Source of the DNA: Candidatus Hydrogenedentota bacterium | GTDB taxonomy: Bacteria; Hydrogenedentota; Hydrogenedentia; Hydrogenedentales; SLHB01 | Assembly: GCA_045863295.1 (NCBI GenBank) | Contig: BTWA01000023.1 | Coordinates: 35,519 to 99,518 of the forward strand | Length of the DNA: 64,000 nt | Reading direction: 5' to 3' | Shown here: positions 1 through 10,822 of the stretch, in pieces | How the letters are laid out: every line of letters begins with the position of its first letter | How positions within the stretch are numbered: the stretch's first letter is position 1 | The notes under the pieces: model-generated | What the model saw: only the letters and a program-made list of their open reading frames with translations | Databases searched by the model: none | What the model was told of the DNA's origin: nothing | Program-made: the position numbers and the translations under genes

Positions 1-63
1 GGCGCCTCATCCACAATACGCATCGCGCCACGTTCGAAACAGGTCGCCAGTGCCGATGCACCA

Positions 64-474
64 ATGGAGAAGCGCATGGAAATTGCAAAAGTAGGATCAA
101 TCCCGACACAGCCTGGGCCCGCCGATTGGTTCACAGGCTCCGTGCGAATAGACCCGCTGTTTAGCGCCAAAGATCCGTCGCGGGTCGCCGGGGCTACAGT
201 CACATTCGCACCCGGTGCACGAACGGCATGGCACACCCACCCGCTCGGCCAACACATCGTCATTACCGCGGGCGTCGGCCGGGTGCAGCAGGATGGAGGC
301 CCAATACAGGAGGTAACGCCGGGAGACGTGGTCTGGTTTCCGCCCGGGGAAAAACACTGGCACGGCGCATCACCCACGACCGGGATGACGCACATCGCCA
401 TTCAGGAAACTCAGAACGGCAGTTCTGTGAACTGGTTGGAAAAAGTCACGGACGACCAATACAACGCGCTATAG
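64..474 (+). CDS. Cupin domain protein
   Basis: Cupin motifs WHTHPLGQ and [15 protein letters not shown]. Confidence 0.85.
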   Translation: MEKRMEIAKVGSIPTQPGPADWFTGSVRIDPLFSAKDPSRVAGATVTFAPGARTAWHTHPLGQHIVITAGVGRVQQDGGPIQEVTPGDVVWFPPGEKHWHGASPTTGMTHIAIQETQNGSSVNWLEKVTDDQYNAL

Positions 475-523
475 TATTGGCCGAGACGTGTACCCGACGG
501 ATCCGGGGCCGTTCGATGGCGCA

Positions 524-988
524 TCATGCGCCGTCGGGGATCTCCGGTTCCACCAATTTCGCGAGTTGTGCGAGCGATTCCTGCCAGCCAAGGTAGCACA
601 TTTCCGCGGGAATCGCGGCCGGAATCCCTTCCTGCACGATGTTTACCTCGGTGCCGCACATTACTTTGCTGAACGTGTATGTCGTTCGCATTTCGCCTGG
701 CAGATTGGGATCGTCAAACACGTCCGTCGCAACAATGCGTTCGCCCGGAACCAACTCAACGTACTTGCCGCCGAAGGTGTGTCCATTTCCCGTGGAGAAA
801 TTGGTGAAGGACATTTTGTACGTGCCTCCCACCTTCGCTTCAAGATGGTGGACCGTGCAGGTAAAGCCGTACGGCGGAAGCCACTTGCAATTCGCCGCCG
901 GATCGAGCACCGCTTTGTAAATGCGTTCGGCGGGCGCTTTAAAGACACGGTGAAGCCGGACAGTGCCCGTATCTGCTTTGACAGTCAT
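524..988 (-). CDS. SRPBCC/AHSA1-like family protein
   Basis: APAERIY..., GGTYKMSF, YVELVPGERIV and C-terminal GWQESLAQL helix; RBS aaggag upstream. Confidence 0.85.
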   Translation of the reverse strand: MTVKADTGTVRLHRVFKAPAERIYKAVLDPAANCKWLPPYGFTCTVHHLEAKVGGTYKMSFTNFSTGNGHTFGGKYVELVPGERIVATDVFDDPNLPGEMRTTYTFSKVMCGTEVNIVQEGIPAAIPAEMCYLGWQESLAQLAKLVEPEIPDGA

Positions 989-1122
989 GGTTGTGCTCCT
1001 TAATAATTCGCAGCTGATGCGTTGTCATCGAACTTGTTTGATAGCGCGCCGCCGGGAGCGGACTTGCATTTGCCTTGCGTATGGAATAGTACAGGTTCTG
1101 GCCGGTGGGAGATCAAGTTGGG

Positions 1123-1479
1123 TCATGGAATCGGTTCGGCAATTTCCATGGAATTGCCATCGGGGTCGAGCAGCACGCAGTCTTGAAGACCCCAGGGCTG
1201 GTTTTTTAGAGGTTGTTTAAACAGTACGCCGTTTGCGGCAAGTGAGGTCACCTAGTTGGCGAGGTCCTCGACCATGATGTGGCAGTGGCCTTGGCCGGCG
1301 CGTTGTGGGTTGACAGCGAGGTGCACTTCCGCGGCGTCGCGCCGAACCACGGCGAAGACTGCCGGTTCTCTGTTGGTGTAAGCGATTTGAAATCCGAGCG
1401 GGCCGGCCCAGAATGTGAGGGCACGCGAATGATCCCTGATATAAAAAGTGGGTGCGACGCGGCCGAGTTTTGTGGGCAT
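1123..1479 (-). pseudogene. VOC/glyoxalase family gene interrupted by an in-frame TAG at 1252-1254
   Basis: 75-aa ORF continues in frame after TAG as VTSLAANGVLFKQPLKNQPWGLQDCVLLDPDGNSMEIAEPIP*, with the VOC PWG and DPDGN motifs. Confidence 0.75.
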
Positions 1480-1538
1480 GGGGGGATCCTCAGCGTTGGT
1501 GCAACGGTTGCTATTCTAACTTCGTCTGTTGTTCTCGT

Positions 1539-3071
1539 CTAACTTTCGTTCTTGATCAAATCCGCCGCCCGCTCGGCAAGCACTGTTATCACCGCTTGCG
1601 GATGGCCGCGCGGAACTTGCGGTATCACCGACGCGTCGACAATGCGCAGCTTTTCAATTCCATGCACACGCAAATCGCAATCCACAACCGACGCCGCATC
1701 CGTGCCCATTTTGCAGGTGCCCACGGGATGAAAGAGGGTCTCAGCGACGCCCCGGGCGTATCCGTCGGGATCGGTGATGGGATCCGGTGCTCCGTTCCAT
1801 TCGATGAAGCCGCCGGCAAATTGGGCGAGGGGAGGGGATTGCGCGAGCCTCAAGGCCATTTCTATTCCGGTACGCATTGCGCTGAGATCGGCGGCTTCGG
1901 TAAAGAAGCGGAGATCGATTTCGGGCGCGTCGTGCGGATCGTTGGTTGCGAGTTGTACGGTGCCCACGCTTTGTGGTGTCAGGTGGATCACGCCGATACT
2001 GAATCCGTGGTCCGTGCTGGTTTGCGAGGTGTCGAAGATTGCGGGGCAAAAGATAAGTTCGATATCGGAAGTGGGCATTTCCATGGTCGATTTGATGAAG
2101 GCGTAGACCTCCGCGAGGTTCGAGGTCATGGGCCCTCGGTGGAGTACGAGGAATTGGAGCAAGTTCGCGAGGGTCTCCGCCGATGCCATGGAAATGGGTT
2201 GCAGGGTGCGGTAGCGTAGCCCCACGACGGCATGGTCTTGATAGTTTCTGCCGACGCCTTCGAGCGCATGAACTATAGGGATGCCTTTGGATTTCAGGTG
2301 TTCGGCGGGCCCTATCCCCGACAGCATCAACAATTGGGGAGTATTGAATGCCCCGCCGCAAAGGATGACTTCGCGGGTTGCGCGGATTTCTTCCCGATTG
2401 GTGCCGCGCAGGACTGTTACGCCGGTCGCGATGCCGCGTTCCACGTGTATGTGTGTGACCAGCGCGTCGCATTCGACGGTCAGATTCGGGCGGTGCAGGA
2501 CGGGTTGAATGTAGGCGCGGGCGGCGCTACAGCGGCTCGCGCGTTTGTGCATAACCGGTACGGCCGCCACGCCGGCCATGTCCTCGGCTTCAATGCTGTC
2601 GCGCAGTTCGATGGCACAATGCGAACAGGCTTCGATAAACGCCTTCGAAAGCGGATGCAGGTAGGCACGGCGTTCGACCGAGAGTCCGTTGGGCCCTGTT
2701 GCGCGTTCGAAATAGGGTTTAAGCCGCGCATACGACCAATCGCTGTTGGGCCCCGCCCAAGCGTCGTAATCTTCGCGGGCACACCATTGAAACATCTGCG
2801 CGTTCATGGCGCTCGATCCGCCCAGCATTCGCCCTCGCGGCAGGTACACCTGCCGGCCGGCCAGCGACTCCTGCGGCACGGACATATAATTCCAGTCCCG
2901 ATCCGTGCGGAAGAGTTTTGGAAACGCCGCCGGAATCCGCACGTGCAGCGAATCCTTCGGTGGCCCGGCTTCGATCAAGATGACGCTTCGCGCCGGATCG
3001 GCGGAAAGGCGGTTTGCCAGGACGCAGCCGGCGGCGCCGCCTCCGACAATGACATAATCAAAGTGCCTCAT
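1539..3071 (-). CDS. GMC oxidoreductase (choline dehydrogenase-like)
   Basis: Start moved to MRHFDYVIVGGGAAG; GRMLGGSSAMN, FHPVGTCKMG, LRIVDAS motifs. Confidence 0.9.
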   Translation of the reverse strand: MRHFDYVIVGGGAAGCVLANRLSADPARSVILIEAGPPKDSLHVRIPAAFPKLFRTDRDWNYMSVPQESLAGRQVYLPRGRMLGGSSAMNAQMFQWCAREDYDAWAGPNSDWSYARLKPYFERATGPNGLSVERRAYLHPLSKAFIEACSHCAIELRDSIEAEDMAGVAAVPVMHKRASRCSAARAYIQPVLHRPNLTVECDALVTHIHVERGIATGVTVLRGTNREEIRATREVILCGGAFNTPQLLMLSGIGPAEHLKSKGIPIVHALEGVGRNYQDHAVVGLRYRTLQPISMASAETLANLLQFLVLHRGPMTSNLAEVYAFIKSTMEMPTSDIELIFCPAIFDTSQTSTDHGFSIGVIHLTPQSVGTVQLATNDPHDAPEIDLRFFTEAADLSAMRTGIEMALRLAQSPPLAQFAGGFIEWNGAPDPITDPDGYARGVAETLFHPVGTCKMGTDAASVVDCDLRVHGIEKLRIVDASVIPQVPRGHPQAVITVLAERAADLIKNES

Positions 3072-3276
3072 TAATCCGGCTCCTCTTGCACGCAGAAAAG
3101 CGGCCCCCCGGTCTGCGCGTTGCAGCGTATGAGAATACTTCGGAGTCACAGACCAAGACCAGCGATTTTTCACGGCCTCGAGACGCAATTGCGCCGATGC
3201 CCATCATGCACTCCACCCGCGACATGTGGCACACTGCCACCCAACACACCTGATACAAAGAGAGGAGGATGCCGCA

Positions 3277-4941
3277 GTGTCCGATCACAAACCGTTTCGC
3301 GTCCCCCGGCGTGGCTTCATGGGAACCGTGGCTGGCGGCGTCATGGCCGCCGCCACATCAAACAGCCTCGCACAGGAGTCCATTGGTGTAAGCCGTCCGC
3401 GCAAGCCGAATGTCCTGTTTGTCATGACCGATCAGCAACGCGCGGATACCATCGCCGCGCTGGGCAATCCGGACATCTATTCACCCAACTTCGACCGACT
3501 CGTTGCGCGGGGCGTCTCCTTCTCCAACGGGTACAGCGCGTGCCCCGTGTGCGTGCCGGCGCGCTACAACATCCGCACCGGCCGCGAAATGCCCACCACC
3601 GGCGTCTATCATAACGGCGCCCCGAATCTGGTGGAAGGCCAATCCGAAAACATGGAAGAACGATGCGGCCCGTACCTCGCACGCACCATGGCGGCCAACG
3701 GATATCGCACCTTCGGCGTGGGTAAATTTCACACGATGCCCCGGTTCGAAGATGTTGGCTACCACGTGCACCTCCACAGCGAAGAGATCTACGGCACGCC
3801 GGAAGACCGCGCCAACGACGCGTTCGCACAATACATCGCCCGCGTATGCCCGGCCTACGATTTTCAAGAAGGCCTCATGGGCGAGCGCACCGAGATGTAC
3901 TACATGCCGCAGATGAGCGCCATGCCCGCCGAACACACCGTCGAAGCATGGGCAGCGGCGCGCGCCGTCGAACAAATCCGGCGGCACGACGACGACCGCC
4001 CCTACTTCGGATTCGTATCATTCGTCGGACCCCATCCGCCCTTCGCGCCACCCATCCCGTTCAATCGCATGTACGACCCCGACCGCATGCCCAACCCCGT
4101 GCGCGGCGATCGCAATCTCGATCTCATGGATGAGCAACTCCGCTGGATGAACCACGCCATCTTCGCCGATGACATCAGCGATTCGCACGCGCGGGTGTGC
4201 CGCGCGCGGTACTACGGCGAGCTAACCTACATCGACCACTGCCTCGGAATGATCCTGGACGCGGTCGATGCGCGCGACGACGCCGACAACACGCTGATCT
4301 GCTTCTACTCCGACCACGGCGATCACCTTGGCGATCATCACGCATGGCAAAAGGAAAGTTACTTCCAGCAGTCCTGCAACGTGCCGTTCCTGCTGAGTTG
4401 GCCAGAGCGGTTGCCCGCGGGAACGCGCCGTGAGGACCTCGTCTCGCTGACCGACCTCTTCGGCATCGCCACCACCGCCGCGGGCGCACAAGAACTGCGC
4501 GACGGCGTGGACGTGATCGGCGCCATCGAAGGCAACGCGCAACCGCGCGAGCACCTCTTCGGATACTACGGCATCCCCGGCACCGCAAGGTTCAAAATCA
4601 TGGTGCGCAGCGGCGATTGGAAATACATCTTCATGGCCAACGGCGGCCAGGAACAGTTGTTCAACCTCGCCGAAGACCCGCAAGAACACAAACAACGCAT
4701 CCACGACGCGCCAGACATCGCCGAGCGCCTGCGCACCGCCGCCCGAAAAGCCCTCAATCAACCCAACGCCAACCGCGCCCTCACACCAGACGGCGATCTG
4801 TTACACCTCCCACAAGAAGACCGCCCCCTACGCCGCATCTACCAATTCGACGCCTCACGCGGCGTACGTGGCTTCCCGGAAAAACCAGAGCAAGTGGCAG
4901 GACTCGACACGCTTTGGTTCGACAAGATCAAAGGCGTGTGA
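3277..4941 (+). CDS. Tat-exported sulfatase
   Basis: GTG start after gaggagg; PRRGFM Tat motif, DQQR, CVPAR, SDHG. Confidence 0.9.
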   Translation: MSDHKPFRVPRRGFMGTVAGGVMAAATSNSLAQESIGVSRPRKPNVLFVMTDQQRADTIAALGNPDIYSPNFDRLVARGVSFSNGYSACPVCVPARYNIRTGREMPTTGVYHNGAPNLVEGQSENMEERCGPYLARTMAANGYRTFGVGKFHTMPRFEDVGYHVHLHSEEIYGTPEDRANDAFAQYIARVCPAYDFQEGLMGERTEMYYMPQMSAMPAEHTVEAWAAARAVEQIRRHDDDRPYFGFVSFVGPHPPFAPPIPFNRMYDPDRMPNPVRGDRNLDLMDEQLRWMNHAIFADDISDSHARVCRARYYGELTYIDHCLGMILDAVDARDDADNTLICFYSDHGDHLGDHHAWQKESYFQQSCNVPFLLSWPERLPAGTRREDLVSLTDLFGIATTAAGAQELRDGVDVIGAIEGNAQPREHLFGYYGIPGTARFKIMVRSGDWKYIFMANGGQEQLFNLAEDPQEHKQRIHDAPDIAERLRTAARKALNQPNANRALTPDGDLLHLPQEDRPLRRIYQFDASRGVRGFPEKPEQVAGLDTLWFDKIKGV

Positions 4942-5065
4942 GCGTCCAGTTCTTAAGGGGAGAGTGGGCGCAAGGAACTGCTAAAAATGGGTTGAGGTTG
5001 TAGCAGCTCGACTGCAAGCATTTTGGCCGGAAATTGGGCCCGTTTTGGATCCGCGAGATTACCCC

Positions 5066-8000
5066 CTAAGTGTTTGACTCTTGATTTGCTGGTGAACGGC
5101 ATTTCCTGAGATCAACACGAAATGTCCGTGCGTCGAGTGAATCGTCTGGAATTTCGCAATATCGAGTAATCGTAACTTCATTGGCATCGTCAGCCGATAG
5201 ATGTTCGACGTTCCACAATTCCCAGCGGTATGACCGCTTTTGGAGATACTCCTTGTACTGCCTGCTTGTAATCTCAACAATGGTCGCGCGGCCTGTGTGT
5301 GTTTTTACCTCTACGCGAAGTTCTTCGCCGTTCCCAAATGCCCGAAGGTCAAAGCCGGGATTCAATTGTGACATCTTTTCCACCGAATAGCCAAAGTCGT
5401 GCAGTGCTTTTTCGGCAAAACATCGGCCCGCTTCCTCCAACTCGGCTTTTTCCTGTTCCGTAAGCACAGATCCCTCATGTTCAGTTCGTGCACCTCCTGC
5501 GCCGCCGCTACCGAGCGAGGGTTGTGCCTCTTGATGATTCGCTAATTCGTATTGGGACGCGCTGGGATCCTTGAGCCGGAGAGGCCGCTTCGCAGACGAA
5601 CTCGGTCCAGTTGACCCACCAGGCCCGCCGTCATTTTGGCCTCGTACAGAGAATTCGTCTTGCGTAGGTTTCGTGCCACCACCGAAAAGTGGTTTTCCAA
5701 CATCATTGCTTGAATTCTTCTCGCTGTTCCCCTGCGCCTGCGAATGCGCTTGGGCGGCGTTACTGACTGAGGCCCCTCCGACTGATTCATCGCGTCCATC
5801 CTCATGATCTTCATCGAAGACGCGTCCGCCATAATCGCGGAGGCGGCTCTCCACCTCGGCGGCAGCAATGCCTTTACTTACAAGCTTCTCCATGCGCTGC
5901 GCGTCGCTGTTGCAGCGAAGGAGGTTCTCGTAAAAGTCAGCTTCCGACTTGGCGTCAACGAATTTCGCTACGGCTTGTCCCAATTCTACTTCGTTCGCAT
6001 GGTCTGCATGGATGTATATCTTATCTTCGTTTACATGCCAGCGTCGCGGGACCTCGCGCTGCGCGTTCTCCAGAGTCAATTTCGCGTTCAGCGTCGCCAC
6101 AACTACACCATTTAATTCCTGTAGGCGAGCCGATAGATTCTCAGTAATCTGCTTGCTCCGCGTTGACCTCCAGGCATATACGTACCCCAAGGACTCTCTT
6201 AATCGCACCTGCAACTCTTCCGGGAGGCTGGACTCCTGAACCTCCATATTAACTTGTTCTTCGACTGACTCAGCGAGAGACAAGACATCGAAGTACTTCT
6301 TAGCAGCAGAACGCGAGTTAGAACTGATATGGAAAAGCCATACGTCATGCGCAAATGCGTTTACTAATGTGTTGTCATCGTCAAGATATCGCCGTTCCTT
6401 TGCAACGTACTTCCATGAGTCTCCCTTGCGGCAAAGTAGTGGACACGATGCGAAAGCACCGGGTAAGAGGTTCTCATCATTGACTACCTCTTCGAGGCAC
6501 GCAGTATACCATTTTACTATTCTGTCACGGACTTGTTCGTCCGATGCAACGCGATCGATCGGGGCCATTTCCGGTATGCGATTCGACAGTATGGCTTTCC
6601 AATCATCTAGAGTTGTTTCACCGATTCGCTTACGAAGAGGGTGAGGAACGTCATTGCTAAGCCAGTTACGGACAACATTCTCGTCTTCGCCAAAAACACT
6701 AAGATCAATGACGGGAAGAAGATCCCCAATTGATTGCTGAGTTCGCTTGTCAGGAATCCAGTGTGAGGTGAGCGGAATGTGATCCCTACGGTCATCACGC
6801 CTCGGTATAGGAAGTCTCTCGCAGACATCCCACCACCACTTTGCATTGACTTGCCATTGCCTGTAGTTCTGCTCCCTGCCTTTAGACCCCTTAGCCTTGA
6901 TCTCTATATAGTTGCAATAGTACCTTGCCCAGTGCCTTGCTAGCAGACGGATTACCAATGTTGCCTTGCCCAGGTCGAGGCTAGCCAATGATAGCCTATC
7001 CAGATTGGTTACGCAGGCAACCCGGGCAACAAACCGCCCCTCATTGTCTTGCACAGTACTGAGGTAACTCTTCCACTCCCCGCAGTCCTCGGGTAACTGC
7101 CGAATGGCGGTCTCTTGGCGTTCCTCCACAACACGGGGATAGTCAGTGACGCCGAGCCAATTCAAGACTTGACGCTGCTGCTCCCTTTCATCTCCTAAAC
7201 CATCGAAAGCGACCCAAGCCATGCCCTCCACTTCAGCGTAAAGTCTCTCTAAGAGTTCGTTTTCCCAGTCACGCCCGAAGTAAGCCAATCTCGCCTCACA
7301 CCACATATTTTCTTCCACTAGCTGCGAAAGCGGGACGGGACATCGTTTTAGAGCCTCTGTCGCCTCCAATGTCTCATGCCAGTCCTGCTCAAGAATGAAA
7401 CGAAGAAACCGCCCCGGATCGCCACGTTTGTCTTTCCAGTACTGCACGATTGCCTGGCCGACAGCACGCTGTATAACATTGTCGTCCGGCCCGTCGATGC
7501 CCAACTCTTTACAGAGTTTCTTGACAGGATGGTCCAGCTCGGTCAAACTCCGGATTCTGTCTCGGAACCAGTCTTTCACGAAAACCAGCGGCAGCCAATC
7601 GGGTAGACAGTCCACCCCAGCTTTCGGTGTCCATGTCACAATACGACCTGCGAGATCTGCACCTTTCAGCAGCTTACCGTCGACAGGCACAACGGGTAAC
7701 TTTTTAACATCCGCCACGCGCTTCTTATGTTCATCTCCGTAAGGCCTTTCCGCGACCCAGGCACTAAGCCACTCCCAACAAGTCCAGATCCATTCTGGGT
7801 CATCGATGTGCGAGTTGGCATTCTTACCGATGGCTGTCAACAACTCCTGATCGGCGATACTCTTACAGCCCAACTCCCTGAGCGCCTCTCGTGCTTCTAT
7901 ATTCTCGTCAAAGGTGGAATGCAGCAATTCTCCTCGGGCATCGGTGGCATCGAGCAAGGTCCGCCCCAAGTCGGAGTGCACGCTAACCGAGATCAGTCTA

Positions 8001-9214
8001 GCTTTGTCAATGGACAGGTGCTGGTTGCCGTCGACGTCGGCGAGTCGGAGGTCCGTAATCGCCTTTTCTGCAATGCGTTGCCAGAGATCTCGGGCGACTG
8101 GGTGGGAGTCCCTGCCATCGAACGGAGCTAGAAGCGCCACATGACTACTCGGCGCTTCGGGGCGGTACATAGCGTTCACAAACTTGCAAACGTGGGAAGC
8201 AAGTCTGTCCGCAACCCATGCATTAAAGGGGCTGCCATCGAAGTGTATGAGGGCGGTTCGGTCACTCTTGACGAAGAATTCGGCATGAAGGAGCAGGCGT
8301 AACGGACCTTTCTGCTCCGTGGGGTAGAAAACGTGTATGGGAAGGTAGTCGGTTGTCGGTACAAAACTACCGTCCTCACGTGGTGTGGCAATAAGAAAGC
8401 TCACGCCACCCGAAGAGATGCCACTGCGCTCATCACCACTCAAATTCTTTAGCAGGTCGCCTGGTGGAATTTCAGCATATCTATAGACCTGCCACTCATT
8501 CGGAGTAACCCCTCGGGTGTCGCTTATCGACCATACCCCGTTTCCCTCAGTTAGGATAATCTCCAGTTCAGGTGCTTCTATTCGTCGTACGTTTCGAAAG
8601 GCAAAAAGAGAATGAGGGGGCCACTCTTTAAGTAGTTGCCCCGCAGCCCGCATCTTTTCCGCCTGAATGCCACGAAGGACAACAACTGTTTTGCAGCTGG
8701 AGAACGTCTCGAGATCGGAGTCGAGTTCTAGCGCCTTATCCCACAAGATAGGGAATGGAATCCATTGATAGGGTACATGCTCACCATCGAATCCATTCGA
8801 TTTCAGCCAGTCTTTGGCCTTACATACGTCGAACTCAATACCTTCTCCATTCACAGTGAGCACTTGGGGGTTGCGGGATACGTCGTAGACCGACTTAAAT
8901 CCCACGCCTTTACGACCGATCATTCCGGCAGACTTATCCGAATAGTCGGTGCCGCAAATGGCGCTCACAGCTGAAGGGCAAAGACCTACTCCACTATCCG
9001 CCACGTATATGGCGTTGTTATTGAAGTGTATTCGAACTTCCGTGGCCTTGGCGTCATCGCAATTCTGTAGAAGTTCGAACAACCATCGTCCTACGTGGTC
9101 TTTGGTCGCACGTTCTGCACTCCGCGCATCACGCACAATCTGCCCCGCATCGACCTTATAGACATCGAGGCGTTTCTCTCGGAAATATTCTATTGCGTCC
9201 CATATAGCACCCAT
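5066..9214 (-). CDS. Sacsin/NO-VEIN-like GHKL ATPase with C-terminal DUF3883-like PD-(D/E)xK nuclease
   Basis: ELLQNCDDA, DSGVG and GRKGVGFKSV GHKL boxes; C-terminal GFDL...RVEVKT. Confidence 0.8.
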   Translation of the reverse strand: MGAIWDAIEYFREKRLDVYKVDAGQIVRDARSAERATKDHVGRWLFELLQNCDDAKATEVRIHFNNNAIYVADSGVGLCPSAVSAICGTDYSDKSAGMIGRKGVGFKSVYDVSRNPQVLTVNGEGIEFDVCKAKDWLKSNGFDGEHVPYQWIPFPILWDKALELDSDLETFSSCKTVVVLRGIQAEKMRAAGQLLKEWPPHSLFAFRNVRRIEAPELEIILTEGNGVWSISDTRGVTPNEWQVYRYAEIPPGDLLKNLSGDERSGISSGGVSFLIATPREDGSFVPTTDYLPIHVFYPTEQKGPLRLLLHAEFFVKSDRTALIHFDGSPFNAWVADRLASHVCKFVNAMYRPEAPSSHVALLAPFDGRDSHPVARDLWQRIAEKAITDLRLADVDGNQHLSIDKARLISVSVHSDLGRTLLDATDARGELLHSTFDENIEAREALRELGCKSIADQELLTAIGKNANSHIDDPEWIWTCWEWLSAWVAERPYGDEHKKRVADVKKLPVVPVDGKLLKGADLAGRIVTWTPKAGVDCLPDWLPLVFVKDWFRDRIRSLTELDHPVKKLCKELGIDGPDDNVIQRAVGQAIVQYWKDKRGDPGRFLRFILEQDWHETLEATEALKRCPVPLSQLVEENMWCEARLAYFGRDWENELLERLYAEVEGMAWVAFDGLGDEREQQRQVLNWLGVTDYPRVVEERQETAIRQLPEDCGEWKSYLSTVQDNEGRFVARVACVTNLDRLSLASLDLGKATLVIRLLARHWARYYCNYIEIKAKGSKGREQNYRQWQVNAKWWWDVCERLPIPRRDDRRDHIPLTSHWIPDKRTQQSIGDLLPVIDLSVFGEDENVVRNWLSNDVPHPLRKRIGETTLDDWKAILSNRIPEMAPIDRVASDEQVRDRIVKWYTACLEEVVNDENLLPGAFASCPLLCRKGDSWKYVAKERRYLDDDNTLVNAFAHDVWLFHISSNSRSAAKKYFDVLSLAESVEEQVNMEVQESSLPEELQVRLRESLGYVYAWRSTRSKQITENLSARLQELNGVVVATLNAKLTLENAQREVPRRWHVNEDKIYIHADHANEVELGQAVAKFVDAKSEADFYENLLRCNSDAQRMEKLVSKGIAAAEVESRLRDYGGRVFDEDHEDGRDESVGGASVSNAAQAHSQAQGNSEKNSSNDVGKPLFGGGTKPTQDEFSVRGQNDGGPGGSTGPSSSAKRPLRLKDPSASQYELANHQEAQPSLGSGGAGGARTEHEGSVLTEQEKAELEEAGRCFAEKALHDFGYSVEKMSQLNPGFDLRAFGNGEELRVEVKTHTGRATIVEITSRQYKEYLQKRSYRWELWNVEHLSADDANEVTITRYCEIPDDSLDARTFRVDLRKCRSPANQESNT

Positions 9215-9713
9215 AATTAATCTCGTGCCCTCTTTGTCGCATCAACAGCGAAGCCACCACCCAGAATCAGCATCACATTATAAGTTCTCACCAACACTTG
9301 TGCATACTTCACCTGTCTCCTGGAAGTGAGACGCATCAAGGCAGATTATTTCTAAATAGATTCGTTACTTAAGCTGATGTGAGTATCTTAGCAAGAACAT
9401 CTATTTCCGATTCATCCTACCGCAAACGCGTGCCCTGAAGCGGATTTAAGTTAACGCTCGAAGTCCACCGCTTTGTCCTTGCATTGTCTCAAGTCTTGAG
9501 TCACGGTGAGGCAGAATTTGGACATGACGCAATTCCCCTTTTATTTTCGCCTCATTCTTCGCTCCCTTCTTCAACAAGGCTATTAAGGGCGGGAACCAAT
9601 TGGCCGATAATGAAGTAGGATACCGCCAGACATCCGGCGGGGTCCGGCCACCATGGTCATGCCAGTCGCCGATGGGAGAATGACCCCGGATACCTGGTAA
9701 CGAAAGGCGCCCC

Positions 9714-10487
9714 ATGCATCTTGAGCCCATTGGAACATTCCACTGCGAGGCGCAGTACCCTTACGACGCCGCGCGGCAGCCGGCTATGGCAGAGCCAACG
9801 GGTGGGCATATCGTGTTGGAAAAAGGCCACAACTACGAGCAAGCGTTGCAGGATATCGAGCGCTTCTCGCATATCTGGCTACTTTACGTCTTTCACCACA
9901 ACCCGCATTGGAAGCCCATGGTCCGGCCACCACGCGCGTCCAGCAAGGTGGGCGTCTTCGCCAGCTGCGCGCCCTACCGTCCCAACCCCCTTGGCCTCTC
10001 CTGCGTGGAACTGATCGCAGTCCAAGGCCTGATCTTAACTGTTGGTCCGCACGACCTCCTCGACGGTACGCCCATCCTTGACATAAAGCCCTACCTTCCC
10101 TATGCCGACAGTGTTCCCGAAGCGACGTGCGGCTGGGTCGAGGAGGTGGCAGAGGACGCGTGGGAAGTGTGTTTTGCCTTGGAAGCCGAGCGGCAACTCG
10201 CTTGGCTGGAACGAGCAGGGGTTCAGGCAATCCGCGCGTTCCTGCGTCAGCAACTCAGCGAACTCCCCTTCGACCAACAGCGCAAACGCATCCGGCCGCT
10301 AGCCGGCGCACAGTGGGAAATCGCGTACCGCACATGGCGGATCGAGTACGGCGTAGACGAAGCGGCGAGGAAGGTGGTGGTACAGCAGGTTCGCTCCGCA
10401 TACACCGAAGAGGACTTGCTGAGCGTGGAAGATAGATACCAGGACAAGGCGGCGCACCGGGCGTTTCGCAACGCATTTCGCACGTGA
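9714..10487 (+). CDS. trmO: tRNA t6A37 N6-methyltransferase TrmO (TsaA)
   Basis: FSHIWLLYVFH, GVFAS.APYRPNPLGLS, DLLDGTPILDIKPY. Confidence 0.88.
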   Translation: MHLEPIGTFHCEAQYPYDAARQPAMAEPTGGHIVLEKGHNYEQALQDIERFSHIWLLYVFHHNPHWKPMVRPPRASSKVGVFASCAPYRPNPLGLSCVELIAVQGLILTVGPHDLLDGTPILDIKPYLPYADSVPEATCGWVEEVAEDAWEVCFALEAERQLAWLERAGVQAIRAFLRQQLSELPFDQQRKRIRPLAGAQWEIAYRTWRIEYGVDEAARKVVVQQVRSAYTEEDLLSVEDRYQDKAAHRAFRNAFRT

Positions 10488-10488
10488 A

Positions 10489-10545
10489 CCCTTCTTCGCC
10501 GAGGCTTCGAAGGGCATGCCCTTCATAGCCTTGGCGAAGAAGGGC
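10489..10545. repeat. Inverted pair of ~27-bp REP-like palindromes
   Basis: cccttcttcgccgaggcttcgaagggc (10489-10515); 10518-10545 reverse-complements to gcccttcttcgccaaggctatgaagggc. Confidence 0.85.
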
Positions 10546-10555
10546 GTGCCTTTGC

Positions 10556-10798
10556 CTACCAAAGCCGCTTGTTCGCGAATGCATGCCCCGAACCGGATTT
10601 GAAGTAGCGCTCGAAGGCTACCGCCTTCTCCTTATCCGAAATGGCAACGTAAGTAATCAACTGCCATGGGATGTACTTTGAAGTGTGAGACGAGCGGCCA
10701 GCGTTATGGTCGATAATGCGTTGCTCAAGATTGTCCGTAACCCCGGCATATCGCTGCTTGGGATTGGATTCGCTGACGATGAGGTAGACGTAGGTCAT
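10556..10798 (-). CDS. Small stand-alone GIY-YIG nuclease
   Basis: MTYVYLI...RYAGVT..LEQRIIDHNAG...FERYFKSGSG; 80 aa. Confidence 0.88.
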   Translation of the reverse strand: MTYVYLIVSESNPKQRYAGVTDNLEQRIIDHNAGRSSHTSKYIPWQLITYVAISDKEKAVAFERYFKSGSGHAFANKRLW

Positions 10799-10822
10799 GT
10801 ATGATGTGGCCCCCCGATCATA

